From sequence record MH221129.1: a stretch of 64,000 nucleotides of DNA; one strand, given 5' to 3'. The notes under the pieces were generated by a model. The model ran no database searches. It was not told the DNA's origin and worked only from the letters and a program-made list of their open reading frames with translations. The stretch's first letter is position 1. Each line of letters starts with the position of its first letter. Positions 1-9,680 of the stretch are shown one piece after another. A program made the position numbers and the translations under genes.

Positions 1-384
1 GGTACCGCTTAACCCGAACAATGCTCGAAAGCCCGCAGGCATAGCGTCGAAGTTCATTTGTTCAGCAAACGCGATATTACCGAGTAGGGCCAGGTCATCC
101 GTGTCGCTGTAGTAAGATTGGTCAACGTTACCAATACCGCGGCGGTTTTTCACGGTAATGTATTTCTGCGGACCTGCGACTGTCCGGCTACCGACGGTCA
201 CGGTTAAGAGGTAGTAGTAACTGGTGTTCAACAGCACCGTGGTATCTACCCAGGACTCTTCACCGTTTGAAAGGGTTGCAATGGGCGCTGGTAGTGAAGC
301 GGGATTGAGTTTAGCCGTCCCACGATAAATCTTCACCACCGACCCTGCGGGGTTTTCATTTTTCCAACGAAGTGTAAAAGACAT
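1..384 (-). CDS. Partial (runs off window) virion/tail-fibre protein, paralog of 2785..3783
   Basis: Hand translation from ATG at 384 (RBS AAGGAG) gives MSFTLRWKNENPAGSVVKIYRG...LPAPIATLSNGE, nearly the same N-terminus as 2785..3783; open to position 1. Confidence 0.85.
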   Translation of the reverse strand, partial: MSFTLRWKNENPAGSVVKIYRGTAKLNPASLPAPIATLSNGEESWVDTTVLLNTSYYYLLTVTVGSRTVAGPQKYITVKNRRGIGNVDQSYYSDTDDLALLGNIAFAEQMNFDAMPAGFRALFGLSGT

Positions 385-395
385 CACCTACTCCT

Positions 396-1838
396 TTATT
401 GGAATCCGTCCAACTCGCCGTCAGCGGATGCAATATCAATTTTTATTTGTTTATCACCAGTGGATGGCGGTAATGGCCGTGGCATATCGACGTGCGGAGA
501 TTCCAGACCGATTGGCAATACGAACCACAGATTATAACTTGTAGTTGGCAACGGTTTTGCCGTATCTACACTTGGTTCAAGCAACCCTATCGGTGCGATA
601 GTTGGGGAACTTGTATCTGCGAACGTAGCCGGAGGACGCGGTAATGGGGTGGTCGCCAGCTCGATGCTCAATGGATGTATCGGGTCGTCGTAAGTTGCCC
701 CAGTGAACGTCACTGGTCTACAAGCCCATTCTACCACACCCTCAATGTCTGCCAGTGGAAGCACGATGTTCGATTTGTCGAGCAGTTCGGCGATTGGCCA
801 CCATTGTGCTTGTGTCCAGTTATCAATCCAAGTCCCGTACGAACCTTTTAAATTGCGAACGAGGTTTTTCGTACCCGAGATAGATGAGAAGAGTACCTGG
901 TCCCCCCACTGTACCGTCGTTTCATTTCCCCATTCCCCCGCGGAATCACCGTCTCCGAGACGACGCAAGATACTAAAAGGCGGAACCGTCAGGTCACCGG
1001 TGTCCGGAATCTTCAGCGAGAAATAATACGTCTTCTCACCTTCAGTCTTCGACAGATAGAGCTGCTGCGTAACGGGAGTGGTGATGTTTGATGGCATGTT
1101 GCCGTAATCACCCGTACCGAAGATCGCTCCAGCGTCGTACAAACTGGCAAACGAGGATGGACCCACACCACGACTCGGTAAATATACCACATTCCCGTTC
1201 ATGAAGAACTTTAACCACACATACCCCGTTAACTGGGCTGCGGTAATGTTGGTTCCAGGAAACGCCCCGCCCCACAGCTCAACTGCGGAAAGCATCACAC
1301 CTTGCGGCACAATCCCGAAGTAGCCGTTTAACTCATTCCCTGCTAATAGCTGTTTGCTACCCGGACCAGAGTCAGGAAAATCGCCGTAAGGTTGTGCGGC
1401 ATAATTGATTGTCAGCGTACCAGTATAACCTGGGCTGTTTGTCGCAGTGATGACCAGGGACGTAAGTGTGGCCACAGGCTGTATGTTTTGCGATGGAACA
1501 CTAATTTCACTAATGTCCAGCTGAATCCCGTACCCATCTCGCAAGAGTGGTAACAAGTCAGCGACTTTAGTCATCGTGTTTGGCACATACAGCGGTAACG
1601 GTGCTTTAAAGAGACTCGTTAAATTCAACCGATCGTAATAAACGGTTGCTTCGCCGGCAAATCCCTTACCGGGTTTCCCTACCAACGTGATTTGTGTATT
1701 CCGCCCGTTGATATTTTTTGCAACAGGAACACCCCTGACCCCAACGGAGCCAGGAGTGACCCGTCCAGCTAATTCTGGATTATCACGAACAACTTGTTGG
1801 CAGAGCAGTTCCATTGAAGGTTCTGAATACAACCCCAT
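396..1838 (-). CDS. Tail-fibre/baseplate paralog, long type (YDR anchor domain + GYFG/WxKF domain + LDGF tail)
   Basis: ORF 396..1844, start moved to ATG 1838 (GGAG upstream); motifs VYYDRLNL, GPGSKQLLAGNELNGYFG, WLKFF, DGELDGF shared with 3795..5207. Confidence 0.75.
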   Translation of the reverse strand: MGLYSEPSMELLCQQVVRDNPELAGRVTPGSVGVRGVPVAKNINGRNTQITLVGKPGKGFAGEATVYYDRLNLTSLFKAPLPLYVPNTMTKVADLLPLLRDGYGIQLDISEISVPSQNIQPVATLTSLVITATNSPGYTGTLTINYAAQPYGDFPDSGPGSKQLLAGNELNGYFGIVPQGVMLSAVELWGGAFPGTNITAAQLTGYVWLKFFMNGNVVYLPSRGVGPSSFASLYDAGAIFGTGDYGNMPSNITTPVTQQLYLSKTEGEKTYYFSLKIPDTGDLTVPPFSILRRLGDGDSAGEWGNETTVQWGDQVLFSSISGTKNLVRNLKGSYGTWIDNWTQAQWWPIAELLDKSNIVLPLADIEGVVEWACRPVTFTGATYDDPIHPLSIELATTPLPRPPATFADTSSPTIAPIGLLEPSVDTAKPLPTTSYNLWFVLPIGLESPHVDMPRPLPPSTGDKQIKIDIASADGELDGFQ

Positions 1839-1851
1839 GGCCAACGCTCCA

Positions 1852-2775
1852 TTATGGTAAGACTAACTCAAAGACAAAGAACAGCGTTGCTGCTGTATTG
1901 ACACCCGACACCACGTTAAATGACGTCGGTGCGTAACCGTACGAATAGATATAGTTCCCGGTAGAGTATACAGGTGCTTGAGCCGAAGCTCCTGGATCTG
2001 TTACGCTGGTGGTACTACCCAGCAGAGCAAGTGAATCGAATGAACCTATGCCCGCCTGAGAAAACGTCGTGCTTACAGGGAACAGACGTGCGAATGTGTT
2101 ACGCCATTCGCCGTTAGCGTAATCCTGCCCAGATCCGGCAGCGTCGTACGGTACAGCGTACGGTAAACGAATGCGGTACGCTCGACCATCTTTCGTGACC
2201 TTGCAGTCTTGTTTAGTCGCCGTTGCTCCGCTGGGAATTATTGTGCCGTTGTCATCCGTCCCGTATAGCATCCCCCGCTGATACGCCATCAATACCGAGT
2301 TCGTGTTCGAATGGTACGTAGCCGGGAAGAACAAAATTCTGCCCCGGAAGACGAACTTGTGCCAGGTCGCTGGGTCGGCAGTAAACATTCCAGCTTGCTG
2401 GCTGTTCAACAGGAGTTGTAGCTCTTGCCGATTAAAGAACTCGGCATTGGTTAACGTCCCGAAGTACCCACATGCCCAGTCACCCCGTTTAAGGGTTTGT
2501 GGTCCAGGACCGGTATCTGGGAAGAAACCCTGTGTAACAGGGTTGCCAATCAAGCGCTCAGTTCCTTTTACACCCGCCACCCAATAACGGTAAGTCGTGT
2601 TCTTGGTTAGCGTAGCAATATCATCGACAAATTCTACAGCTGTGCCAGAGAGAGTTGCAATGGGTGTTCCAGGGTTGTTTACATCCAGCGTGGCATTCCA
2701 TCCGGCCTTGCGATAGATTTCAATCGCGGTTAGTCCTTTACTAGCCTGCGACGGCCAGCTTAAACGAATAGTCAT
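1852..2775 (-). CDS. Tail-fibre paralog, short type (Ig/FN3-like N-terminus + GYFG/WxKF domain)
   Basis: GPGPQTLKRGDWACGYFG, WHKF, LYGTDDNG, YRIRLP, EW, FELV motifs. Confidence 0.75.
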   Translation of the reverse strand: MTIRLSWPSQASKGLTAIEIYRKAGWNATLDVNNPGTPIATLSGTAVEFVDDIATLTKNTTYRYWVAGVKGTERLIGNPVTQGFFPDTGPGPQTLKRGDWACGYFGTLTNAEFFNRQELQLLLNSQQAGMFTADPATWHKFVFRGRILFFPATYHSNTNSVLMAYQRGMLYGTDDNGTIIPSGATATKQDCKVTKDGRAYRIRLPYAVPYDAAGSGQDYANGEWRNTFARLFPVSTTFSQAGIGSFDSLALLGSTTSVTDPGASAQAPVYSTGNYIYSYGYAPTSFNVVSGVNTAATLFFVFELVLP

Positions 2776-2784
2776 GGCCGCTCC

Positions 2785-3783
2785 TTATTCAACCAGTTCA
2801 AAGATAGGCATGTAACGGCCTGTAACACTAGGTGCCGGATAGCTGATGCGTTGTATCAACGACACAGGTGTATTGCCGCTGTTGTTCGTGATGGCACGAT
2901 GCAACACCCGATCTTGCACAGTATCGTGCTCCATGCACAACACCCCCGCGTTAAAGAATCCACCGGTCGCTACGTTGCCTTGCGCCAAGAGCGTGTAAGC
3001 TATTGAGTTCCAGTTTGCCCAACGCTGTTTTGCTGGCACCTCATTCACCATGGTGTATATCAGGTCGTTATATTCACATGGGTTAGTTAGGTCAGTGGCA
3101 TCGTGGTCTTTTCCGGCATATGCATCCACGAACGGATACACCGCCGGGTCAGTGTCAGACGTCAGTCCGCGCGGTAGACGCATGATATACGTGTCACCGT
3201 TGTGCACCACTTTTGCGTCCTGTAATGTTGCAGGAAGCGTGCCGTGCCCGTTAGCAGGTCCGGTGTCTCCGGTACCGTAGACTAAGCCCGCCTGATATAA
3301 CGAAGCCCAGTTTACAGCACTTACCTGATACGGCAGTTGTGCCACGTTCGACATCAGGTACAGAATTTTCCCGTTACGGGTAAATTTGTGTAACGCTACA
3401 CGGTCGGTCAGCAAATTAGGGAAGATGGCCAAGAAACCCGCAGGCATCTGTCCTGGCTGCCACTGCTCGTCATACGGCACAGCTCCCATATACCCTAAGC
3501 GATCATCACCATTCAGGATAGTCATAGGTCCGATACCGCGCTTCACCTCGATGGTGTAACGTTGGCTGGCAGAGGCAACAGTTTTCCCGTTTGCAGTAGT
3601 GGTGAGCAGGTAATAATAAACCGACCCCGGAACCGCAGTTGTGTCACGCCACTCGGTTTCCCCGTTAGACAACGTGGCAATAGGTGCAGGGAGCGCGGAT
3701 GGCGAGATATCTTTGGTGTCACGGTAAATGTTAATCACCGTGGCGATTACGTTTGGGTTCTTCCAACGCAATGTAAATGACAT
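2785..3783 (-). CDS. Tail-fibre paralog, short type
   Basis: GDDRLGYMG, WASLYQAGLVYG, MRLPRG, PIFELVE motifs; N-terminus paralogous to 1..384. Confidence 0.75.
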   Translation of the reverse strand: MSFTLRWKNPNVIATVINIYRDTKDISPSALPAPIATLSNGETEWRDTTAVPGSVYYYLLTTTANGKTVASASQRYTIEVKRGIGPMTILNGDDRLGYMGAVPYDEQWQPGQMPAGFLAIFPNLLTDRVALHKFTRNGKILYLMSNVAQLPYQVSAVNWASLYQAGLVYGTGDTGPANGHGTLPATLQDAKVVHNGDTYIMRLPRGLTSDTDPAVYPFVDAYAGKDHDATDLTNPCEYNDLIYTMVNEVPAKQRWANWNSIAYTLLAQGNVATGGFFNAGVLCMEHDTVQDRVLHRAITNNSGNTPVSLIQRISYPAPSVTGRYMPIFELVE

Positions 3784-3794
3784 GATAACTACCT

Positions 3795-5207
3795 CTACTT
3801 GAATCCGTCTAATTCACCGTCCAACGACGATAATGTCGTTTTCTCAGGCGGGGTATACGGTTCGGCGGCAAATACGACCGGTTGATAATCTACGGTTTTC
3901 GGCAGGTTTAGCGCAACGGGATGCAGTGCAAAGCTGCTATCTGCGGACAGTGCCACCGGTGCAAACTCCACAGTCTTCGCATTACCTAACACCACCGGGG
4001 TAAGTTTAAACTCATTGTTGGCTTTCACGCTGAGTGGCTGTAGCGTGTGATCAAAGTTACCACGAATCTCTTCCAACCCTAGCGTTGTGGTGGTTTTATC
4101 CACCAACTCCAGGACCGGGAACCAGTAGTAGTTATTGCCCGCAGTTGCTTTGCCGAGGTTTGTCCAACTGGCGCTTGACAACGTCGCCATGCGATGGTTT
4201 GCGGTGTTGGTGCTCAGTGTGTCTTTTAACAGACAGAATAAGCCCCAGTGCACATTCGTCAGTTTTGCCCACGTCCCGTTGTAGAGGAAGTTGAACATCT
4301 CAAACTCACTACCCGACAAATCCGCAGCGGTCGGCGTACCTGAGACATACGGGTCTTTCCCGGCACTCGGTAACCGAATGCGGAAATAGAACTTCTCACC
4401 ATTGGCGGCGGTGAAGGACAGAACCTTACCTTGGTTGACAGGTGTTGCGGCCGGGTATTTCCCATTGTCGTCAGTACCGTAGACCAACCCTTCGCTGTAT
4501 AAAGTGTTCCAGGTGACGTTGTACCCTACCGGGTTAATCGGCAGGTAAATAACACGACCTTGGTAGAAGAATTTATACCAGCCGTCCGTTCCGCCATACG
4601 TGGTCGGTAACACACCTTTTGTGAATGTCGCATCGATCAGTTTCTGATGAGTAAACAATTCTGCTGCGGTTGTGGTACCAAAATAGCCAGCGATCGTGTT
4701 ACCCTGTAGCAGCGTTTTTGGGCCAGGTCCAGAATCGGGATAAATTGCACCACCTGGCACTGTGTAGCTGATCGTCAGACTACCTGTATAAGCAGGACAG
4801 TTCCCAGCGATAGTCAGCTTCAACGTCTGCGGGGACGCACTCGGCTTCGGCAGAGCCGCGTCGGGTGTTGTAATGTCCTCGGCCGTAATTACCAATCCCA
4901 ACGCAGCGCTGATTACTGGCAAAGCATCACGCACGGTCAGGATAGTGTCTTTGATAGCCACAGGCGGGACAAAATTAAATAAGGTGGCCAGATTTACCCG
5001 GTCGTAATACACGGTAACATTACCTTGTAGTCCCGTACCAGGAAATCCGGTGAAGACAGCTTTCGTGTTGCGAGCGTTCAACGTGACATTCGTTGGCCCG
5101 CTGGTCAAAGCGGCGATAGCTGGCGTTAGTTTGACGATAAGGTCAGGGTTGTCCCGATTAACCTGATCGTAAACAAGCAGCTTTGCCTCCTTCGAGAAAA
5201 ATTGCAT
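3795..5207 (-). CDS. Tail-fibre/baseplate paralog, long type
   Basis: ORF 3795..5225, start moved to ATG 5207 (GGAG); VYYDRVNL, GPKTLLQGNTIAGYFG, WYKF, WNTLYSEGLVYG, WFPVLELVD, LDGELDGF. Confidence 0.75.
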   Translation of the reverse strand: MQFFSKEAKLLVYDQVNRDNPDLIVKLTPAIAALTSGPTNVTLNARNTKAVFTGFPGTGLQGNVTVYYDRVNLATLFNFVPPVAIKDTILTVRDALPVISAALGLVITAEDITTPDAALPKPSASPQTLKLTIAGNCPAYTGSLTISYTVPGGAIYPDSGPGPKTLLQGNTIAGYFGTTTAAELFTHQKLIDATFTKGVLPTTYGGTDGWYKFFYQGRVIYLPINPVGYNVTWNTLYSEGLVYGTDDNGKYPAATPVNQGKVLSFTAANGEKFYFRIRLPSAGKDPYVSGTPTAADLSGSEFEMFNFLYNGTWAKLTNVHWGLFCLLKDTLSTNTANHRMATLSSASWTNLGKATAGNNYYWFPVLELVDKTTTTLGLEEIRGNFDHTLQPLSVKANNEFKLTPVVLGNAKTVEFAPVALSADSSFALHPVALNLPKTVDYQPVVFAAEPYTPPEKTTLSSLDGELDGFK

Positions 5208-5230
5208 AGGGACTCCGCACGCCAATAAGA

Positions 5231-5248
5231 GGGGAGCCTAAGCTCCCC
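5231..5248 (-). terminator. Hairpin GGGGAGC-ctaa-GCTCCCC, weak terminator or processing site
   Basis: 7-bp GC-rich inverted repeat between genes; short U-tract on minus. Confidence 0.5.
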
Positions 5249-5252
5249 ACAC

Positions 5253-6080
5253 TTAGCTGTTGTAGTGGTAATAGGCCACGCCCTTCACACCAGCTTCATC
5301 GATACCCGTCTGGATAACCACACGATCGTACGACTTGTTGGCGAATTGGGCAGTGGACGTTGCCACATCCTGAACGGTGTTGCTGTTTAGCGGCCCGGCG
5401 TAACTTGGCACACCCAGGTCGTCCAGAACCTTACGTAACCCCGCCCATTGAGGCAGACCAGAGGCGTCGACCGTCAACAGGTTCTTGTAGGCCGTGAAGT
5501 CGATACCGTACGTCAGCATATCGATACACTTCTTCCCAAGAGATGGCAGAATAGGCTCTTGAATGGCGTCCAGAACATCCACTTTTACCGAAGTGTCCAA
5601 CACCGGCAAGCCACGGTTATAACGCACGTTTACACTACCGGTATAGGCCGGCGACGTACCGAGTGCGTTAAGGGTCGTGGTACTGGTGTAGTTAGGGGAA
5701 CTGACACCATTTAGACCGTAGTTGGTAATATCGATAGCCGAGAAGTTAACCCCGTACGTATCCAGTAACACCGAAAAGGCTGAGTGCAGGTTAGGCGCAT
5801 CGAAGGTAACGAACTGCGCCTGCGCTGCGGTTCCCCATGGGAACAACCGGGTCAAACTCACACGATCGTAGAACAACGTAATCGCGTCACGGAAACCAGA
5901 ACCCTGAATCCCACGCAAACGAGCCGATGTGTTACGGTTATTAGACGCCGCATTTACCGGAACTTGTGTAATCTTTTCAACATAGCAGTTGTCAGGTGAC
6001 ACTTTAACCGGCAAGTTTGGGTTATCACGGTTGATGAGGTCAAAGACCAACTCGTTGGACGGCTTAGCATAGTTGATCAT
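5253..6080 (-). CDS. Virion structural paralog (YDR family)
   Basis: LFYDRVSLTRLF and C-terminal YYHYN motif. Confidence 0.75.
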   Translation of the reverse strand: MINYAKPSNELVFDLINRDNPNLPVKVSPDNCYVEKITQVPVNAASNNRNTSARLRGIQGSGFRDAITLFYDRVSLTRLFPWGTAAQAQFVTFDAPNLHSAFSVLLDTYGVNFSAIDITNYGLNGVSSPNYTSTTTLNALGTSPAYTGSVNVRYNRGLPVLDTSVKVDVLDAIQEPILPSLGKKCIDMLTYGIDFTAYKNLLTVDASGLPQWAGLRKVLDDLGVPSYAGPLNSNTVQDVATSTAQFANKSYDRVVIQTGIDEAGVKGVAYYHYNS

Positions 6081-6083
6081 TAA

Positions 6084-6971
6084 TTATACCTCGCTTGGAT
6101 CGTCCAGATCGTTGAACTGGAGGTACATGGTACCGACGATAGACGTACAGGTCACAGGCAGTTTCAGCACAAGCGCGTATTTGTACTTGGCGTTGGTCGG
6201 CATCGCAACAGGATCGTTCAGACCCACACTGACGATTTCGCCACCTGCCAAACCGTACGAGGCTGCGGTAGTTGCTACCCACGCCGTGCCAGTGATGTCT
6301 TTCAGGATATTGACCATATCCGTCAATGGCTGACCAGACAGAATGCCCGGGGTGAATGCCAACATCTGGTCACGATACTTGGTGAAGTTGTACGGGTAAG
6401 AGTAAACCTGTGCAATGACACCGGATACAGCTTCAGAACCCATCTGACCGTTCGGGTATTTCAGACCCGTCAGGACGTTGGTGGTTACGGCAGACACCAG
6501 AGACTCGTCACCTTTCACGACTTTAAAGGTGGCCTGGCCAATCCAACCAATGGACTCCGGATTAGCAGCAATGTGGACAGTACCTGCTGTCTTATCACCG
6601 TTCCATTCGATATCAGCGTTCAGCAAATCTGCTTCTTCTAGCACAAACCCGTAGCGTTGATTCAGGCCAGGAATAGCAGCAAATAAAGTGTCGTTAGATG
6701 GACCGATTGCCAGTGTGTCGCCAATCAGTACCAACAGGTCTTCGACCTTCATGCGGTTGTAGTACACGTTCTTCTTACCAGACCAGGTAGAGCCCGTGAC
6801 GCCATCGGCTGTGATTTTAACCTGCGTGTTGCGCCCCGTCGTGGTTTCCTTCTCTGTACCACGAATGTCTTTCGGCGCAGACCAGACAATGTCCGTCATC
6901 TTGACCGCTAATGAGTTTTGTGCGTTCACTGCGGCCAACAGGACGTCTTTAGAAGGTTGATAAATTGCCAT
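6084..6971 (-). CDS. Virion structural paralog (YDR family)
   Basis: VYYNRMK, LNQRYGF, WIG, C-terminal YLQFND. Confidence 0.75.
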   Translation of the reverse strand: MAIYQPSKDVLLAAVNAQNSLAVKMTDIVWSAPKDIRGTEKETTTGRNTQVKITADGVTGSTWSGKKNVYYNRMKVEDLLVLIGDTLAIGPSNDTLFAAIPGLNQRYGFVLEEADLLNADIEWNGDKTAGTVHIAANPESIGWIGQATFKVVKGDESLVSAVTTNVLTGLKYPNGQMGSEAVSGVIAQVYSYPYNFTKYRDQMLAFTPGILSGQPLTDMVNILKDITGTAWVATTAASYGLAGGEIVSVGLNDPVAMPTNAKYKYALVLKLPVTCTSIVGTMYLQFNDLDDPSEV

Positions 6972-6982
6972 TCGTTTGTTTC

Positions 6983-7822
6983 CTAGTTGTTGTAGTGCAG
7001 CAGACAGTCACCGGTCACGCTCGGGTCATTGGAGATGCCAGTAATCAACAACACGTTGTCGTACGACTGATTCGCTTGTGGAAATGCAGTCGTTTTGTAA
7101 CGTTTGATGGATGCAAGCGTTGGGTCGAATGCGGGGATGCCACGCGCTATTAACGTTGCCATCAGATTCGTGGTGTAGCCCAAATCAAAATTAGTACCCA
7201 CATCCAGACGCCCATCTTTAAACGAGTTCATGACTTGCACTTCATCAGTGAAATCTTCGCCGTAAGTCAGGAAGCCCATGTACTTCTTCCCATCCTTCGC
7301 TGCGGCTGGGTGACTCAACGCAGCCAGGATATCGTTTACCACCAAATCTTCGAGGTTATTCTTACCACGAATAGACATGAAGGTGATTGAACCGATGTAC
7401 TGAATACAGTTTGAGTTCACACGTAACGTGTTGTTTACGTTCAAGTAGATGTATTGGTCGGGGATATCATCTGCAACCAGATTCAACCCATAACGACCAT
7501 TGACGTTTTGTGCAAACGCCGTTTTCTTTGACTCCACGGTCAGCCACCCGTACGCATTGGGAGCGGTGACCTGCGGAATCATGTTCTTGAACAAGTCGTT
7601 CAACGACAAACGTTTATACCGGAATGTCTGAGGACCGATATAGCCACGACCTTGACGACCACGAATGATAATCTCGGTGTTGGCACCGCTGGCTGTCGGT
7701 GTGATTGCTTTAGGAACACCAATGTTAGCGTTATCCAGTCCCATCGGCATAATGGCCCCTGGGGTTTCGGCATTAATCGCATCGTACAGATATTGTCGCT
7801 GAGACAGACTATATAAAGCCAT
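6983..7822 (-). CDS. Virion structural paralog (YDR family)
   Basis: ORF 6983..7840, start moved to ATG 7822 (GGAGG); FRYKRLSLNDLF, LLHYNN. Confidence 0.75.
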   Translation of the reverse strand: MALYSLSQRQYLYDAINAETPGAIMPMGLDNANIGVPKAITPTASGANTEIIIRGRQGRGYIGPQTFRYKRLSLNDLFKNMIPQVTAPNAYGWLTVESKKTAFAQNVNGRYGLNLVADDIPDQYIYLNVNNTLRVNSNCIQYIGSITFMSIRGKNNLEDLVVNDILAALSHPAAAKDGKKYMGFLTYGEDFTDEVQVMNSFKDGRLDVGTNFDLGYTTNLMATLIARGIPAFDPTLASIKRYKTTAFPQANQSYDNVLLITGISNDPSVTGDCLLHYNN

Positions 7823-7858
7823 AATAGCCTCCTCGGCCAAAAAAGAAAGGAGTGGCCA

Positions 7859-7878
7859 GGAGGAGGAATTCCTCCTCC
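7859..7878 (-). terminator. Perfect 20-bp palindrome GGAGGAGGAATTCCTCCTCC followed on minus by a U-rich tract
   Basis: Seen directly; intergenic. Confidence 0.55.
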
Positions 7879-7891
7879 CAGCGTGGCCTAA

Positions 7892-8803
7892 TTAGGCATT
7901 AAAGTGCAGGTACATGATACCCTGGAAATTGGAGCACAGGGTTGCATCCAGCTGCAGCAACAGAACCTGGTTGTACGCAGTGTTCGCGCCTTCCACCGGT
8001 TTCTTCGGCTCATCGCCTGTTGCAGTGCCGTCGTCAGTAGTAGAACCAACATACAGCACGTTTGCACCGTGGAGGTTGTAGTCTGCTGCTTCGGAGCTAT
8101 CAACCCACAACTCAGGAACAACCTTGTTCAGTTCAACTGGGAACGCGGAGTCAGCAGCGATAATACCCTCTGCTTGCACCTTCAGGAAGTTCGCAATCGG
8201 GGTGCAGTCTACGCCGTAAGAGTAGATGTAACCCTGACCTTTGGTATCGCTTGTGCCGTCAGGATAGACCAGACCGTCGAGTTTGGTTTGAGTAACAACC
8301 AGGCTCAGACGTTCACCAACTTGTGGCTTAGCACCGATTTTAACCGGAATAGAACCCAGGTAAGCGTAGCAGTCTTCTTTGAAGGTGATAACGTGGTCGA
8401 CCGGTGCTGGGTCCGGATCGTCCGGGTTAGTCAGCGGCGGGTTAGTACCATCGGGAATCGACGCTGGTACGATATCGTCTTCAGTGATTTTCAGACCGTA
8501 TTGGGTGTTCAGTGTGGCCAGCAGGTCAGTGGTCGTTTTCGGTGACTTAACGTCGAGGTACGCGGTAACGTTACGGAATAACGCGGTGCCTTCCAGGCGA
8601 TCGTAAGTAATATCCTGAGTACCGATGTACCCAGAGTTTTTCTTAGCGGTCAGGGTCATACCGGTGTTACGATCAGCACCTTCGTCGGTGAGTGGGGTTG
8701 GTGTCCCCAGGGTCACTTTGGAGAGTTCCAGTTCCGCATCCGGGTTTTTCTCGTTGATGAAATCCAGAACCAGCAGATCGGACGTTTTGTTTAAAGGTTT
8801 CAT
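7892..8803 (-). CDS. Virion structural paralog (YDR family)
   Basis: ITYDRLE, LNTQYGL, TKLDGL, YLHFNA; highly expressed codon usage. Confidence 0.75.
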   Translation of the reverse strand: MKPLNKTSDLLVLDFINEKNPDAELELSKVTLGTPTPLTDEGADRNTGMTLTAKKNSGYIGTQDITYDRLEGTALFRNVTAYLDVKSPKTTTDLLATLNTQYGLKITEDDIVPASIPDGTNPPLTNPDDPDPAPVDHVITFKEDCYAYLGSIPVKIGAKPQVGERLSLVVTQTKLDGLVYPDGTSDTKGQGYIYSYGVDCTPIANFLKVQAEGIIAADSAFPVELNKVVPELWVDSSEAADYNLHGANVLYVGSTTDDGTATGDEPKKPVEGANTAYNQVLLLQLDATLCSNFQGIMYLHFNA

Positions 8804-8824
8804 TCTTACTTCCTTTACTCAGGA

Positions 8825-9670
8825 TTAATCAGGGTCGTTGTAGTGGAGATACAGACGCCCGCCAAAGTTCAGACAGTACAACGACAGTTCTACAATGAGA
8901 ATGTTGTCAACTGCTGGGTTGGTTGGTAATTCCGCTTTGTTACGCCCGTTGTAAACGACAATCGCCTCTTTAAGGTTAAAGTCGATAGGGTTACGGTAAG
9001 TCGACCAACTGTCGCCGGTCACTGTCTTGAGTATCTGCGCCAAACGTTCCATGGTGATGGTGAGGCCAGAACGCTGAAACTCTTCCGCGAAATTATCAAA
9101 GCGCCACGGATACGAATATATCGCCCCTTGACCGACCTTGATGTTAAAATACGGATACTCGTAAGGCTGCACTGTTAATGGTTCGAAGTTTGCGGGAAGC
9201 AACGCATCACCCGGTAACAGCTGCACCACTTGTTGACCAATCCACCCTAAGGAGGTTGGCGTGGCAATCAAATCCACAGTCCAGGTTTTCCGATTGATTT
9301 CGGTATTCTCTACATCGCTCGGTCGCAGACTGAGGCCGTAATACTGGTTAATTAAACTGACAACGTCGTGCATCCAGAACACGGTATCTAATCGTGCTGG
9401 GACGCGTAACGGTTGGACTCCGTCCAGGTCAGTAAACATCTCTGCGAAATCAACCCGATCGTAGAAGACCGTCGTGGCACCAATCGCATTTGCCGTGGCG
9501 AGCGCTTGAATACGCACCTTCGAGTTGTGACCATTGGCCGCAGCCAGGTCTTCGTCAGAGGTAGGAATCGCAGGTACCCCAAAGACCACATCATCGACTT
9601 TTAAGTCAAGGTTGTTCTCGAGGTTAACCTCTGCGATAATAATCTGTTCAGCAGTGGCTAAAAGTGGCAT
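8825..9670 (-). CDS. Virion structural paralog (YDR family)
   Basis: ORF 8825..9868 overlaps the upstream gene; likely start MPLLATAEQ at 9670 (AAGGA); VFYDRVD, YLHYND. Confidence 0.75.
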   Translation of the reverse strand: MPLLATAEQIIIAEVNLENNLDLKVDDVVFGVPAIPTSDEDLAAANGHNSKVRIQALATANAIGATTVFYDRVDFAEMFTDLDGVQPLRVPARLDTVFWMHDVVSLINQYYGLSLRPSDVENTEINRKTWTVDLIATPTSLGWIGQQVVQLLPGDALLPANFEPLTVQPYEYPYFNIKVGQGAIYSYPWRFDNFAEEFQRSGLTITMERLAQILKTVTGDSWSTYRNPIDFNLKEAIVVYNGRNKAELPTNPAVDNILIVELSLYCLNFGGRLYLHYNDPD

Positions 9671-9680
9671 ATCAGAATCC

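Noticed and set aside
1-5207. Diversity-generating retroelement acting on the lectin-like fibre domains
   Set aside because: No reverse transcriptase and no near-identical template/variable repeat pair differing at adenines were seen in the window
7904-8545. 213-aa plus-strand ORF, and similar antisense ORFs (e.g. 52862..53398 minus, 55322..55828 plus)
   Set aside because: Shadow ORFs opposite well-supported genes with strong codon bias
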